The notes under the pieces are model-generated. The model was given only the letters and a program-made list of their open reading frames with translations. It did not search any database and was not told the DNA's origin. This document shows, one piece after another, positions 1-8,360 of a DNA stretch of 64,000 nucleotides. Source of the stretch: an uncultured Acidobacteriota bacterium (lineage in GTDB: Bacteria > Acidobacteriota > Thermoanaerobaculia > Multivoradales > UBA5704); the NCBI GenBank assembly GCA_963700145.1, contig OY969474.1, forward strand, positions 1,792,001-1,856,000. Reading direction: 5' to 3'. The translations under genes and the position numbers were made by a program. Every line of letters starts with the position of its first letter. Position 1 is the stretch's first letter.

Positions 1-260
1 ACGATGTGGCACGCCGCGTCGCAGATCACCTCGCTGCCGGGCGGAGCGTGGAGGTGGAGGGAGATCTGGTTGCCCATCGTGCCGGAGGGGACGAAGAGCG
101 CGGCCTCGGTCCCCACTGCGGCGGCGGCCTCTTCCTCGAGGACGGCGACAGTCGGGTCCTCGCCGAAGACGTCGTCCCCCACCTCGGCCTCCGCCATCGC
201 CCGGCGCATCTCGGCGTCGGGGCGGGTGACGGTGTCGGAGCGGAGGTCGATCGGGGGCAC
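1..260 (-). CDS. ltaE: Low-specificity L-threonine aldolase (N-terminal part; runs off window start)
   Basis: Not in the ORF track. Minus strand from GTG at 260 reads [38 protein letters not shown]...[10 protein letters not shown], the DLRSDT/GDDV.GEDPT/PSGTMGN signature. Confidence 0.92.
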   Translation of the reverse strand, partial: MPPIDLRSDTVTRPDAEMRRAMAEAEVGDDVFGEDPTVAVLEEEAAAAVGTEAALFVPSGTMGNQISLHLHAPPGSEVICDAACHI

Positions 261-304
261 GACGAGCGATCCTAACGTTGCCAGGGGCGGAGACACCCTC
301 CGGC

Positions 305-354
305 TGTCATCCCGAGCCCCTGGCTGTCATCCCGAGCGTAGCGAGGGATCTGGG
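305..354. repeat. REP-like palindromic element TGTCATCCCGAGCGTAGCGAGGGATCTGGG (full copy 325-354, partial copy 305-317)
   Basis: Near-identical copies at 5369-5399 (reverse) and an inverted pair at 52001-52107. Confidence 0.8.
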
Positions 355-1334
355 CGGGGGGCATTCAGGTACTCCGCCTTCAGGTCGCCGAGCGCCATCC
401 CTTCCCCGCCCGCCAGCGCCTCCTCCACCACCTGCCGCCCGAGCGCGTCGAGCCACGGCAGCACACCCAGGTTCCCCTCGCGCGCCAGCGCCTCGGCGTC
501 GCGCTCGCTGCGGTCGAGGTGGCGCGCCGCCGTGTAAAGCGCTTCCCCCTGCCGCTCCGCCCGCCCGAGGCGGAGCCAGAGCTCCGCCGCCAGCGCCAGG
601 GCGGCGGCGGCGCGGCGGTTGGCGCGCAGGCCGCGCGGCCCGGGCGGCAGCGGCCGCGGCGGGAACGGGTCGAGCCCGTGGCGGGCGGCCACGCGGTCGA
701 AGGCGCGCTCGGCCGGCGCGGCGCGGTGGAAGAGCGCCTCGTAGACCGCGGCGTCGCGCCCTTCGGCGAGCGCGCGCCGGTCCTGTGGCGCCAGGCGCAC
801 CGACACCGCCTGCGCGTGGCGCACGCCGGCGGCGGCGAGACGGGCGCAGCCGTCGTCCCAGAGGCGCGGCTCGTCGGTCAGGCCGGGGAGGAGCGGCCAG
901 ACGGCCACGGCCTGCGGCGGCACGCGGGCGAGCGGCTCGAGGTCGCCGGCGAGGAGCGGTGCCAGGAGATCGGCGGCGAGGAGCACTGCCCCCGCGCCGC
1001 CGAGGTCGGGCGCCGGCTCGCCCGCGACGACCTGCACGAGCAGCGGCGTCCCCTCCGCGGCGCAGCGCCGCGCGAGCCGATCGCGGGCGGCGGCGAAGGC
1101 CGGCGCGGCGGGCGGCAGGTAGAGGAGGTCGTCGAGCCCGCCGCCGTCGAGCGCCAGCTCCGGCGCACTCGACTGCATCGGCGCGAGGTCGCGCCGCGAC
1201 TCCCCGAGCGTGCCGCGCGCGAGGTCGAGCCAAGCGCCGTCCGGCCCCGGCCAGGCGCGCGGCGCGTGGCGGATCCAGAGGCGGCCGGGGTCGGGGAGGC
1301 GCTCCTCCAGCCGCACCCGGAAGGGCGGGATCAC
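327..1334 (-). CDS. Hypothetical protein: degenerate SplB/Rv2578c-like radical-SAM region plus C-terminal PolX-type helix-hairpin-helix-like domain
   Basis: 335-aa ORF overlapping the ribE stop. PLLPGLTD...LAAAG segment; C-terminal NRRAAAAL...ALYTAARHLD...GNLGVLPWL; no CxxxCxxC. Confidence 0.6.
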   Translation of the reverse strand: MIPPFRVRLEERLPDPGRLWIRHAPRAWPGPDGAWLDLARGTLGESRRDLAPMQSSAPELALDGGGLDDLLYLPPAAPAFAAARDRLARRCAAEGTPLLVQVVAGEPAPDLGGAGAVLLAADLLAPLLAGDLEPLARVPPQAVAVWPLLPGLTDEPRLWDDGCARLAAAGVRHAQAVSVRLAPQDRRALAEGRDAAVYEALFHRAAPAERAFDRVAARHGLDPFPPRPLPPGPRGLRANRRAAAALALAAELWLRLGRAERQGEALYTAARHLDRSERDAEALAREGNLGVLPWLDALGRQVVEEALAGGEGMALGDLKAEYLNAPRPDPSLRSG

Positions 1335-1942
1335 GCCGGCAGCCCGCGCGCCGCGAGCGCCTGGTGAACGTACTTGGCGAGCACGTCCACCTCCAGGTTC
1401 ACCCGGTCGCCGGCGCGGAGGCGGTGGAGGGTCGTGACTTCCAGGGTGTGCGGGATGAGCGCCACCTCGAAGCGGTCCGCGGCGAGGACGGAGATCGTCA
1501 GGCTCACCCCGTCGAGCGTCACCGAGCCCTTCTCGACGAGGTATATCGCCAGCGCCGCCGGCAGCTCGAACGCCACGACCGCGTGGTCGCCGAGGTCGCG
1601 CCGCTCGACGACCGCGACGGTGCCGTCCACGTGCCCCTGCACCCAGTGCCCCCCGAGCGGGTCGCCGGCCCGCAGCGCCGGCTCGAGGTTCACCTCGTCA
1701 CCGCGGCGGAGGCTGCCGAGGGTCGTGCGCGCCAGGGTCTCGGGTGAAAGCTCGACCTCGGTGCGCCCAGGTGCGGCAGCGACGACGGTGAGGCAGACGC
1801 CGGAGACGGCGAGGCTGGCGCCGAGGGTCAGCCGCTCGGAGAGCGCGGCACCGTGGCCGATCGCCAAGCGCACGCCTCCTTGCGCCGACGGCAGCGGCTC
1901 CTCCAGCAACCGCCCGCGCTCGACGACCAACCCCGTGAACAT
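1331..1942 (-). CDS. ribE: Riboflavin synthase (alpha chain)
   Basis: MFTGLV N-terminus, GVCLT, VNLE, GGHWVQGHVD, KGSVTLDGVSLT. Confidence 0.97.
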   Translation of the reverse strand: MFTGLVVERGRLLEEPLPSAQGGVRLAIGHGAALSERLTLGASLAVSGVCLTVVAAAPGRTEVELSPETLARTTLGSLRRGDEVNLEPALRAGDPLGGHWVQGHVDGTVAVVERRDLGDHAVVAFELPAALAIYLVEKGSVTLDGVSLTISVLAADRFEVALIPHTLEVTTLHRLRAGDRVNLEVDVLAKYVHQALAARGLPA

Positions 1943-1996
1943 GGCCGGCGAGGCTACAGGAAATCCGCTCCGCGCCCTGCTGCTCCTCGGGCTGTC

Positions 1997-2233
1997 CTAT
2001 CCGCGTGCAGGCCGCGTCGAACGCTTGGTCGGGCGCGGAGCCGTCGTCCCCATCCGCTCCGCGACCGCCTCTTGGGTCAGGCCCGCTCGCGAGCGAGCGC
2101 CGAGCAATTCACGCGCGAGGGCGTACTCGTCCTCGAGCTTCTCGTGGGCCTCCTGAAAGCCCTTGCGCTTCCGTGCCTTCTCGAGGAAGGCCTCCTGATC
2201 ATGGGGGACCGGTCGATACTTCAGCTCAGCCAT
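1997..2233 (-). pseudogene. Truncated HTH (HigA/XRE-type) antitoxin
   Basis: ARSRAGLTQEAVAERMGTT, then similarity is lost mid-HTH; start overlaps the toxin fragment's stop. Confidence 0.7.
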
Positions 2234-2330
2234 CTCGCACCTCTTTCATTCTCTTCCGGGCGATTCGCAGATCACTCTCTGGGGTCGTCCGTGCCTTCTT
2301 CATGAAGGCGTGCAGGATCACCATGCGTTG
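2226..2330 (-). pseudogene. C-terminal fragment of RelE/HigB (Gp49-like) toxin
   Basis: Minus strand reads QRMVILHAFMKKARTTPESDLRIARKRMKEVRDG*; the 5' part is missing. Confidence 0.75.
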
Positions 2331-2372
2331 ACCAGATGTGAGAACCAAGGTCAACCAGCAGCGCCAGCCGTG

Positions 2373-3032
2373 TTAGCCGGCCCGCCGCGTGCGGTACGAG
2401 AGCCACCAGTAGTACTGGAGCTCGGTGATTTCAAGATCAGTTCCAGAGGCTGCCGCGGCACTCCTCAGCTCAGCGGCGCTGGGAAAGTTCTTCAGAATCT
2501 CGACCTCGGTCCCGTCAGAGAGCGCGCGAACCTGATACGTGTTGCCTACGGAATCGGTGCGCGAGATGGGAGTACTGCTGCCAGGCACCAAGCGATTATC
2601 GACGAAGACCACCTTCACACCGAGTCCAACTGTGTCGGAGATCGCGGCAAGGAACTCTGGCAACCGCTCATGCGGGACGTGCGACCACCAGAAGCCGGCA
2701 AAGATGGCCGTGAAGCGACCCGCGGCCACGGGCAGGCTGAACGCGTCGGCTACCGCGAAACTCACGGTGCTCGACGGGAAGCTCCTGCCGCGTGCCGCGT
2801 TAGCCATGGAGATGGCGGCGTCGGTCGCGAGAACCGAGTGGGCGACCTTCGCGATCAGTTGGGTCCAGTATGCGGTCCCGCAGGCCAGTTCGAGAACCCG
2901 ATCGCCCACGAAGGCGCTGGCTACGGCTGAGCGGAGCTGCTCGAGGTCCGCCTGCCTCTCAGGCTTGGCGTAGATCGCGTCGTACTCGGGAAGTCGACGG
3001 GCGTAGTAGTCAGGTAAGCTGGGCTGTGGCAT
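2373..3032 (-). CDS. Class I SAM-dependent methyltransferase (gene-cassette-like)
   Basis: VLELACGTAYWT motif I; FAGFWWSHVP. Confidence 0.9.
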   Translation of the reverse strand: MPQPSLPDYYARRLPEYDAIYAKPERQADLEQLRSAVASAFVGDRVLELACGTAYWTQLIAKVAHSVLATDAAISMANAARGRSFPSSTVSFAVADAFSLPVAAGRFTAIFAGFWWSHVPHERLPEFLAAISDTVGLGVKVVFVDNRLVPGSSTPISRTDSVGNTYQVRALSDGTEVEILKNFPSAAELRSAAAASGTDLEITELQYYWWLSYRTRRAG

Positions 3033-3051
3033 TCACGGACGATGCCGCGAC

Positions 3052-3091
3052 GGCTAACGGCGTATGAGTTCAGCGGCAACGAGGGTTGGGC
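3052..3091 (-). mobile_element. attC-like integron recombination site relic
   Basis: Minus strand GCCCAAC (RYYYAAC)...GCCGCTGAACTCATACGCC-GTTAGCC. The complementary GGCTAAC overlaps the methyltransferase stop (2372-2378). Only 40 bp, shorter than a complete attC. Confidence 0.5.
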
Positions 3092-3130
3092 GTTTGCTCG
3101 CTGCGCTCGGGCTTCATAGTCTTGTCGATC

Positions 3131-4020
3131 TCAAAGCTCTCGGAATGGTACCGACGATTGCCGGACAGCGACATTCCTGTACGCGTGTCTATCGAGGAGG
3201 AGAGTGGCTGCCTTAATGGCTAGTGACTCCATCCGGGAACTTCCGACAATGACCTCCGTTATCGGCAAGACGGGAGGGTCTGTGGTAGCAGCGAGCATGT
3301 CGATGAACGGCAATAGCAGGCCGCCCGCGGCCCGGAAATGGAGCGAGGCAGCGTTGGGCGCGAAGTGAACGATTCGGAACTCGTCTTCTTGCTCGAAGGC
3401 CGAGTCCTTGAAGAAGCAAAGGTCTTGAAGGAGCTTGCGGAGAAGTGTGGCCTCGACCGCAGAGCGGAACGGCTCGTGGTCGGCGCGCCCTTGGAGGAGA
3501 ACTGTGCATGCTCTGTCGATGGCATCCGCGACTCTGCTCCGCTGCCGATCGCGATCGTAGTGAACTGGCCCGTTTGCTGAGGGGTGCGCTATGCGAGCTG
3601 CATTAACCAAAGAGCCGCGGTCAAACCAATGCAGTATCTACCGGATTGCCCTCCGTACCCACGCCATTGACTAAGCCGATCGGGCGTTTGGCAGAAGCAG
3701 GTGAGGTAGAAGTCCGTGGCCTCAAGAGGTGTGGACGCGAGCCTGTCATAGATCCTATTTAGGAATGAACTCTCTTCAGCCTCAACCCTCTCATGAACCA
3801 CCTCGTGAACCAGCTCCCGTCCGTAGGTGATTTCAGAGGTATCGTTGAGGTAACTGTAGTTCGACCCCCAGAGTGTGCCGGATGAGACGATTCCGTAGAG
3901 TCCGCTCGCAGACGTGTAGTGATAGACAGTTTCGGGGAGAAAGTCATCAGGATTGAGAGAGCCGAGACGGAAGAATCCGGCTTCCAGGCTATCGAGCAGG
4001 TTCTGTTCGGCTTCATTCAT
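3131..4020 (-). pseudogene. DUF2971-domain protein, frameshifted near 3624
   Basis: YHYTS...LW...YLND.SE...CFC...LSQWRGY in one frame and FKDSAFEQEDEFR in the next; one extra T in the TTT run joins them (IGFDRGSLVN). Confidence 0.75.
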
Positions 4021-4112
4021 GCGAGCCGCTTCCGGTCCCTTGTCCTTGTCGAGGCTGACACCGCGAGTCTCCCCGCCTTGGACCCGGTACCCGTCGCGTA
4101 CAAGCCGTGGGC

Positions 4113-4364
4113 TCATCCCGCGCGCAGTTCCTCGCGAATGACCCTCCTCAGGGTGTCCTCCAAGGGCTCTCGCCTTCGGTCGATGTACTCCCTCAAGGCG
4201 GTGTTGATGAGGCTCTGGTAGTTGCCGCCTCCGGCGGCATGGACCTGGTGCTTGAACCACTCCAGGATGTCGTCGTCGAGGCGGATCGTGATCCGCGTCT
4301 TTCCCTGCGGCACAGGGACCACAGGGCCCCGTTCGGCTTGGCTGAAGTCGTACTCTTTTCTCAT
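4113..4364 (-). CDS. BrnA-family antitoxin
   Basis: MRKEYDFS...KTRITIRLDDDILEWFK...GNYQSLINTALREY. Confidence 0.9.
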   Translation of the reverse strand: MRKEYDFSQAERGPVVPVPQGKTRITIRLDDDILEWFKHQVHAAGGGNYQSLINTALREYIDRRREPLEDTLRRVIREELRAG

Positions 4365-4366
4365 CT

Positions 4367-4634
4367 CTACCTCTCGTAGCGGCGCCGTTCCTTGCCGGTT
4401 GCCTTGCGGGCCGAGATCGGGCGGATGCGCTCTCCCCGCCAGGTGTAGATCACGACGAGCAGCCGGCCGTAGGGATCGTTCCCCATCGTGATGAACCGCT
4501 CCTCGGGTCCGGAGCCCGGATCGCGCATCGTCAGGGCAAAGTTCGTCTTCGAACACCTGGACGGCGTCGGCGAAGTCGACGCCGTGCTTGCGGAGATTGG
4601 CGACCGCCTTCTCGCCGTCCCACTCGAACTCCAC
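4367..4634 (-). pseudogene. BrnT-family toxin, frameshifted near 4540
   Basis: MEFEWDGEKAVANLRKHGVDFADA...FED in one frame; EERFITMG...LLVVIYTWRGERIRPISARKAT in another. Confidence 0.8.
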
Positions 4635-4693
4635 GCGCTATATCGTATGCACACGCGTGCAGCGCCGTCAACCTGACGAAGTGTCGCCGCCAT

Positions 4694-5343
4694 CGGAAAT
4701 TGACCCCGCACGCTGGGAAATTCTCCCCACGACCTGGGGAATCCTCCTCGCGACCTGGGGGATGCTCCCCACGACCCGGGGGATGCTCCCCACGAGCCGG
4801 GGAGCACTCCCCACGAGGCGGGGTGCGCTCCCCATCAGCCGGGGAGTACACCCCGCGAGCCGGGGTGCGTTCCCCACCGGCCGGGGAGCACTCCCCCACG
4901 GCCGGGGAATGCGTCCCATCGGCCGGGGTGCGTTCCCCGTCGTCGGGGGAGCGTTCCCTGCGACGCGGGATGCACTCCCCACGCGGTGGGACGGCTTTCC
5001 CGCGTCTCGGCGAGAGCGCCCGGAGAGCCGGTGCGAACGCCCTGTCACCTCGGGGGGTCGTTTTCGGTGTCTGGATCTCTTCCCCAGGCGCGCCGGAGCT
5101 CGTACGGGGCGTCCGTACTTTCACCCCGCGCATGAGTTCCGACTCCCCGCGTCTCCGGGAGGCTGTACGAGACGCCGGGGAGCCTGTACCGGGTGATCGG
5201 GAGCTTGTACGGACGGCCGGGGAGACTTCCCCGAGCGGCCGGACGGCTGTACTGGGCCTTTCGGAGCTTTTGCAGAGAGACGAGGAGTTTTCCCAGAGCG
5301 GCGGGAATCTCGTACCGAGCAACGGGGAGCTTGTACTGGCGCT
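4694..5343. repeat. Degenerate 21-bp tandem array (GGGG-N5-CCCC units drifting to GGAG-CYTGTAC units)
   Basis: Consecutive units e.g. TGGGGGATGCTCCCCACGACC / CGGGGGATGCTCCCCACGAGC / CGGGGAGCACTCCCCACGAGG. Confidence 0.8.
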
Positions 5344-5368
5344 CGCCCCTCGTCCTGAGGCTCCCCCA

Positions 5369-5399
5369 CCCAGATCCCTCGGCTGCGCTCGGGATGACA
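5369..5399. repeat. REP-like element, reverse copy (CCCAGATCCCTCGGCTGCGCTCGGGATGACA)
   Basis: Reverse complement matches the copies at 325-354 and 52001-52032. Confidence 0.8.
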
Positions 5400-5489
5400 T
5401 GGCCCGAGGTTGGCGAGCTGTGCCAGCAGATCGCCGCCGGCGGTTCGCTATGATCGTCTCTAAGGAACAACGATAAGGGACCCCCCCCA

Positions 5490-6584
5490 CTGAGCTTCGT
5501 CGGCACGCTCGAAGAGATCGGCTTTCCGGACCTGCTGCAGGCCCTGGGGTCGGGGCACAAGAGCGGGCGGCTGACGCTCTCCGGGCGGCAGGGGTACGGG
5601 GTCGTCGTGCTGCGCGGCGGGCGGATCGTCTACGCGGCCAGCAACTCGGCGCGGGAGACGCTCGGGAAGCTGCTGGTCGGGCGGCACCTGATCACCGAGG
5701 AGGTGCTCCAGGAGGCGCTCGAGATCCAGCACCGCTTCAAGGAGAAGCGGCGGCTGGGGCAGATCCTCCTAGCGCAGGGCTTCGTCCGCGAGGAGGACCT
5801 GGCCGACGTGCTGCGCCAGCAGGTCGAGGCGGTGCTCTCGGAGCTGCTGGGCTGGAAGGAGGGCTTTTTCAAGTTCGAGCCGCTGGACGTGCCGGCGCAC
5901 ACCGCGGGGGAGCCGGAGGTCGACATCACGGACTTCCTACTGCACGAGGGGGCGTCGGCCGACGCGCTGATGCTGGAGGCGGCGCGGCTCCTCGACGAGG
6001 CGTCCCGCCCCGCGCGCCGCGCCAGCCCGGCGGCCCACCAGCTCGCCACCCTCAAGGCGATCCTCGCCGGCCTGCGCGCGCCGGCGGTCACCAACGAGGT
6101 GAGCCAGCAGCTGCTGGCGCTGGCGCGCGGCGTCTTCGGCCGCGCGGTGCTCTTCGCCGTCCGCGCCGACGGCTTCCGCGGGCTCGGGCAGACCGGCCTG
6201 GCGACGACGCACGACGGCGACCCGGACGACGCGGTCCGCTTCCTGCTGCTGCCCTGGGAGCAGTCCGTCCTCACCCAGGTCGCCGAGCGCCAGGAGACGT
6301 TCCGCGGCCGGCTGGAGCGCAACGCCGGCAACCAGGCGCTCCTCGCCGCGCTCGGCGGCGGCGAGCCGGGGGAGGCGGTGGCGCTGCCGCTCCTCGTCGG
6401 CGGCTCGACGGCCCTCCTCGTCTACGGCGACGACCTGCCGCACCGGCGGCCGATCGGCGACCTGGACGGCCTCGAGCTGCTGGCGTTGCAGGTGGGGCTG
6501 GCGCTCGAGAAGAACCTGCTGGAGCTGAAGCTGCGGGCGCTGGAGGCGAAGCTCGACCTGCCAGCCGCGGCGGGCGAGCTCTAG
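5490..6584 (+). CDS. DUF4388 (PatA-N-like) domain protein with C-terminal GAF-like region; probable CTG start
   Basis: In-frame extension upstream of the 5607 ORF reads (M)SFVGTLEEIGFPDLLQALGSGHKSGRLTL; LGKLLV/LGQILL; W.EG.FKF. Confidence 0.8.
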   Translation: MSFVGTLEEIGFPDLLQALGSGHKSGRLTLSGRQGYGVVVLRGGRIVYAASNSARETLGKLLVGRHLITEEVLQEALEIQHRFKEKRRLGQILLAQGFVREEDLADVLRQQVEAVLSELLGWKEGFFKFEPLDVPAHTAGEPEVDITDFLLHEGASADALMLEAARLLDEASRPARRASPAAHQLATLKAILAGLRAPAVTNEVSQQLLALARGVFGRAVLFAVRADGFRGLGQTGLATTHDGDPDDAVRFLLLPWEQSVLTQVAERQETFRGRLERNAGNQALLAALGGGEPGEAVALPLLVGGSTALLVYGDDLPHRRPIGDLDGLELLALQVGLALEKNLLELKLRALEAKLDLPAAAGEL

Positions 6585-6620
6585 ATCCGCACCCACGCTG
6601 TGTGATTTAATCTTACAGCC

Positions 6621-6839
6621 ATGCGAGAGACACTGACCGTCAGTCTGCCGGGTAAGACGAAGCAGCTCATCGAGCGGGCGGCGAGCGAGAGCGGGTTGAC
6701 CACCAGTGAGTACGTGCGCCTGGCCATCTTCCGCAAGCTGTGGCAGGACGCCACCGCGGAATCGCGTCGTAACGCCGTGCCGAACGCCCGCCGCAAAGGA
6801 GTCTTCACGGACGAGGACGTCTTCCGTCTCATTTCGTGA
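6621..6839 (+). CDS. Ribbon-helix-helix (CopG-like) antitoxin
   Basis: TLTVSLP...SEYVRLAI...GVFTDEDVFRLIS; overlaps the PIN gene (GTGA). Confidence 0.8.
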   Translation: MRETLTVSLPGKTKQLIERAASESGLTTSEYVRLAIFRKLWQDATAESRRNAVPNARRKGVFTDEDVFRLIS

Positions 6840-7228
6840 GGGTCGTCTTCGACACCAACGTGGTCGTGGCGGGTCTCGTCGCCGAGGGGCTTTGCCGGGA
6901 GATCGTCGAAATCCACCTGCCGCAGCACACCGCGCTCCTGTCGCCCTGGCTCTGGGAGGAGCTGGTGACGAAGCTGCGCGAGAAGTTCGACCTCGGGCTC
7001 GACGAGCTGCCACTGCTCCACATCTATCGACGACACGCCCTCTGGATCGAAGCGGCAGCGCTCGAACAACCTGCCTGCCGAGACCCCGACGACGATTGGG
7101 TCATCGCCACCGCCGTTGCCGGCGAGGCGGAGGTCATCGTCACGGGCGACGGGGACCTGCTCGACCTGCGCAGCTACCGAGGGATCGCCATCCTCACCCC
7201 GCGGGCCTTCCTCGAACGCCTCTCGTGA
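6836..7228 (+). CDS. PIN-domain (VapC-like) toxin
   Basis: VVFDTNVVV, CRDPDDD, IVTGDGDLL, ILTPRAFL. Confidence 0.9.
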   Translation: MRVVFDTNVVVAGLVAEGLCREIVEIHLPQHTALLSPWLWEELVTKLREKFDLGLDELPLLHIYRRHALWIEAAALEQPACRDPDDDWVIATAVAGEAEVIVTGDGDLLDLRSYRGIAILTPRAFLERLS

Positions 7229-7241
7229 GTAGCCGACCCCT

Positions 7242-8360
7242 TCAGCTTCGCTCGAGGCGCGCCAAAAGCTCGTCGAGCGCGCCCTTCCGGAAACCTGAAA
7301 GGACCACGTCCTCGCCGCGGCGGCGGATGGCGAGGTCCTCCAGTCGCGGCGCCGCGGCGAGTGGGCCGGTGCCGGTGCCGGCGATTGGCCCCGACGCTTC
7401 CCTCCCGCCGATCAGCAGCGGGGCGTAGGCCGCTTCCACCCGGTCCCAGAGGCCGCTGACGACGAAGGCGGCGTGGGCCTCGGCGCCGCCCTCGACGAGG
7501 ACGCTCTGGACGCCGCGCGCGTGGAGCGCCGCGAGGACCGCCGTCGGCTCGACGCTCTCCAACCGTTCCACCCGCGCTCCCCGCTCTTCGAGGGCCGCCC
7601 GCCGCTTCTCGTCGCCCGACTCCGTGAAGATCAGCACGTCCCCCTCCTCACCCAGCATCTTCGCCGCCGCCGGCAGCCGCAGCCGCCGGTCGAGCACGAC
7701 CCTCAGGATCGGTCCATCCGCCAGCCCTAACCGCCGGGTCAGCAGCGGGTCGTCGGCGAGCGCCGTGCCGCTTCCCACCAGGATCGCGTCGTGCTCCTCG
7801 CGTAGCTCGAGCGCCCACTTCCGCCCTGCCTCCGAGGAGATCCAGCGGCTCTCGCCGCCGGCGGTGGCGATCTTGCCGTCGAGGCTCATCGCCCACTTGA
7901 GCGTCACCGCCGGGCGGCCGAGCGTCTGCGCGGTCAGGAACGGCAGGTTGAGCGCCGCCGCGTCGCGGGCGAGCGCGCCGACCTCGACCTCCACCCCCGC
8001 CTCGCGCAGCCGCGCGAAGCCGCCGCCGCCGACGCGCGGGTCGGGGTCGCGGTGGCTCGCCACCACCCGCGTCACGCCGGCGGCGAGGAGGGCGTCTGTG
8101 CACGGCGGCGTGCGGCCGTGGTGGCAGCAGGGCTCGAGGTTCGTGTAGAGCGTGGCGCCGCGGGCGCGCTCGCCGGCGGCGGTGAGGGCTTCGCCCTCGG
8201 CGTGCGGCCCGCCGACCCGACGGTGCCACCCCTCCCCCACCACCGCGCCGTCGCGCACCAGGACGGCGCCGACGCGCGGGTTGGGAGCGGTGCGGTAGCG
8301 CCCGCGGGCGGCCAGGCGCAGGGCCCGCCGCAGGTGGGCTTCGTCGGCGGTTCTAGCCAA
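7242..8360 (-). CDS. ribD: Bifunctional riboflavin deaminase/reductase
   Basis: PNPRVGAV, HAE, LEPCCHHGRTPPC, SLDGKIA, VEGG. Confidence 0.97.
   Translation of the reverse strand: MARTADEAHLRRALRLAARGRYRTAPNPRVGAVLVRDGAVVGEGWHRRVGGPHAEGEALTAAGERARGATLYTNLEPCCHHGRTPPCTDALLAAGVTRVVASHRDPDPRVGGGGFARLREAGVEVEVGALARDAAALNLPFLTAQTLGRPAVTLKWAMSLDGKIATAGGESRWISSEAGRKWALELREEHDAILVGSGTALADDPLLTRRLGLADGPILRVVLDRRLRLPAAAKMLGEEGDVLIFTESGDEKRRAALEERGARVERLESVEPTAVLAALHARGVQSVLVEGGAEAHAAFVVSGLWDRVEAAYAPLLIGGREASGPIAGTGTGPLAAAPRLEDLAIRRRGEDVVLSGFRKGALDELLARLERS

Noticed and set aside
6-275. Plus-strand 89-aa and 177-aa ORFs at the window start
   Set aside because: Antisense to ltaE, which has clear motifs on the minus strand.
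4694-5343. CRISPR array interpretation of the 21-bp arrays (also 34010-34300)
   Set aside because: The whole period is 21 bp, the repeats are degenerate, spacers are 8-9 nt, and no cas genes are in the window.
325-5399. Composite mobile element bounded by the two inverted REP-like copies
   Set aside because: The interval contains the core gene ribE and no transposase, and no target duplication is seen.
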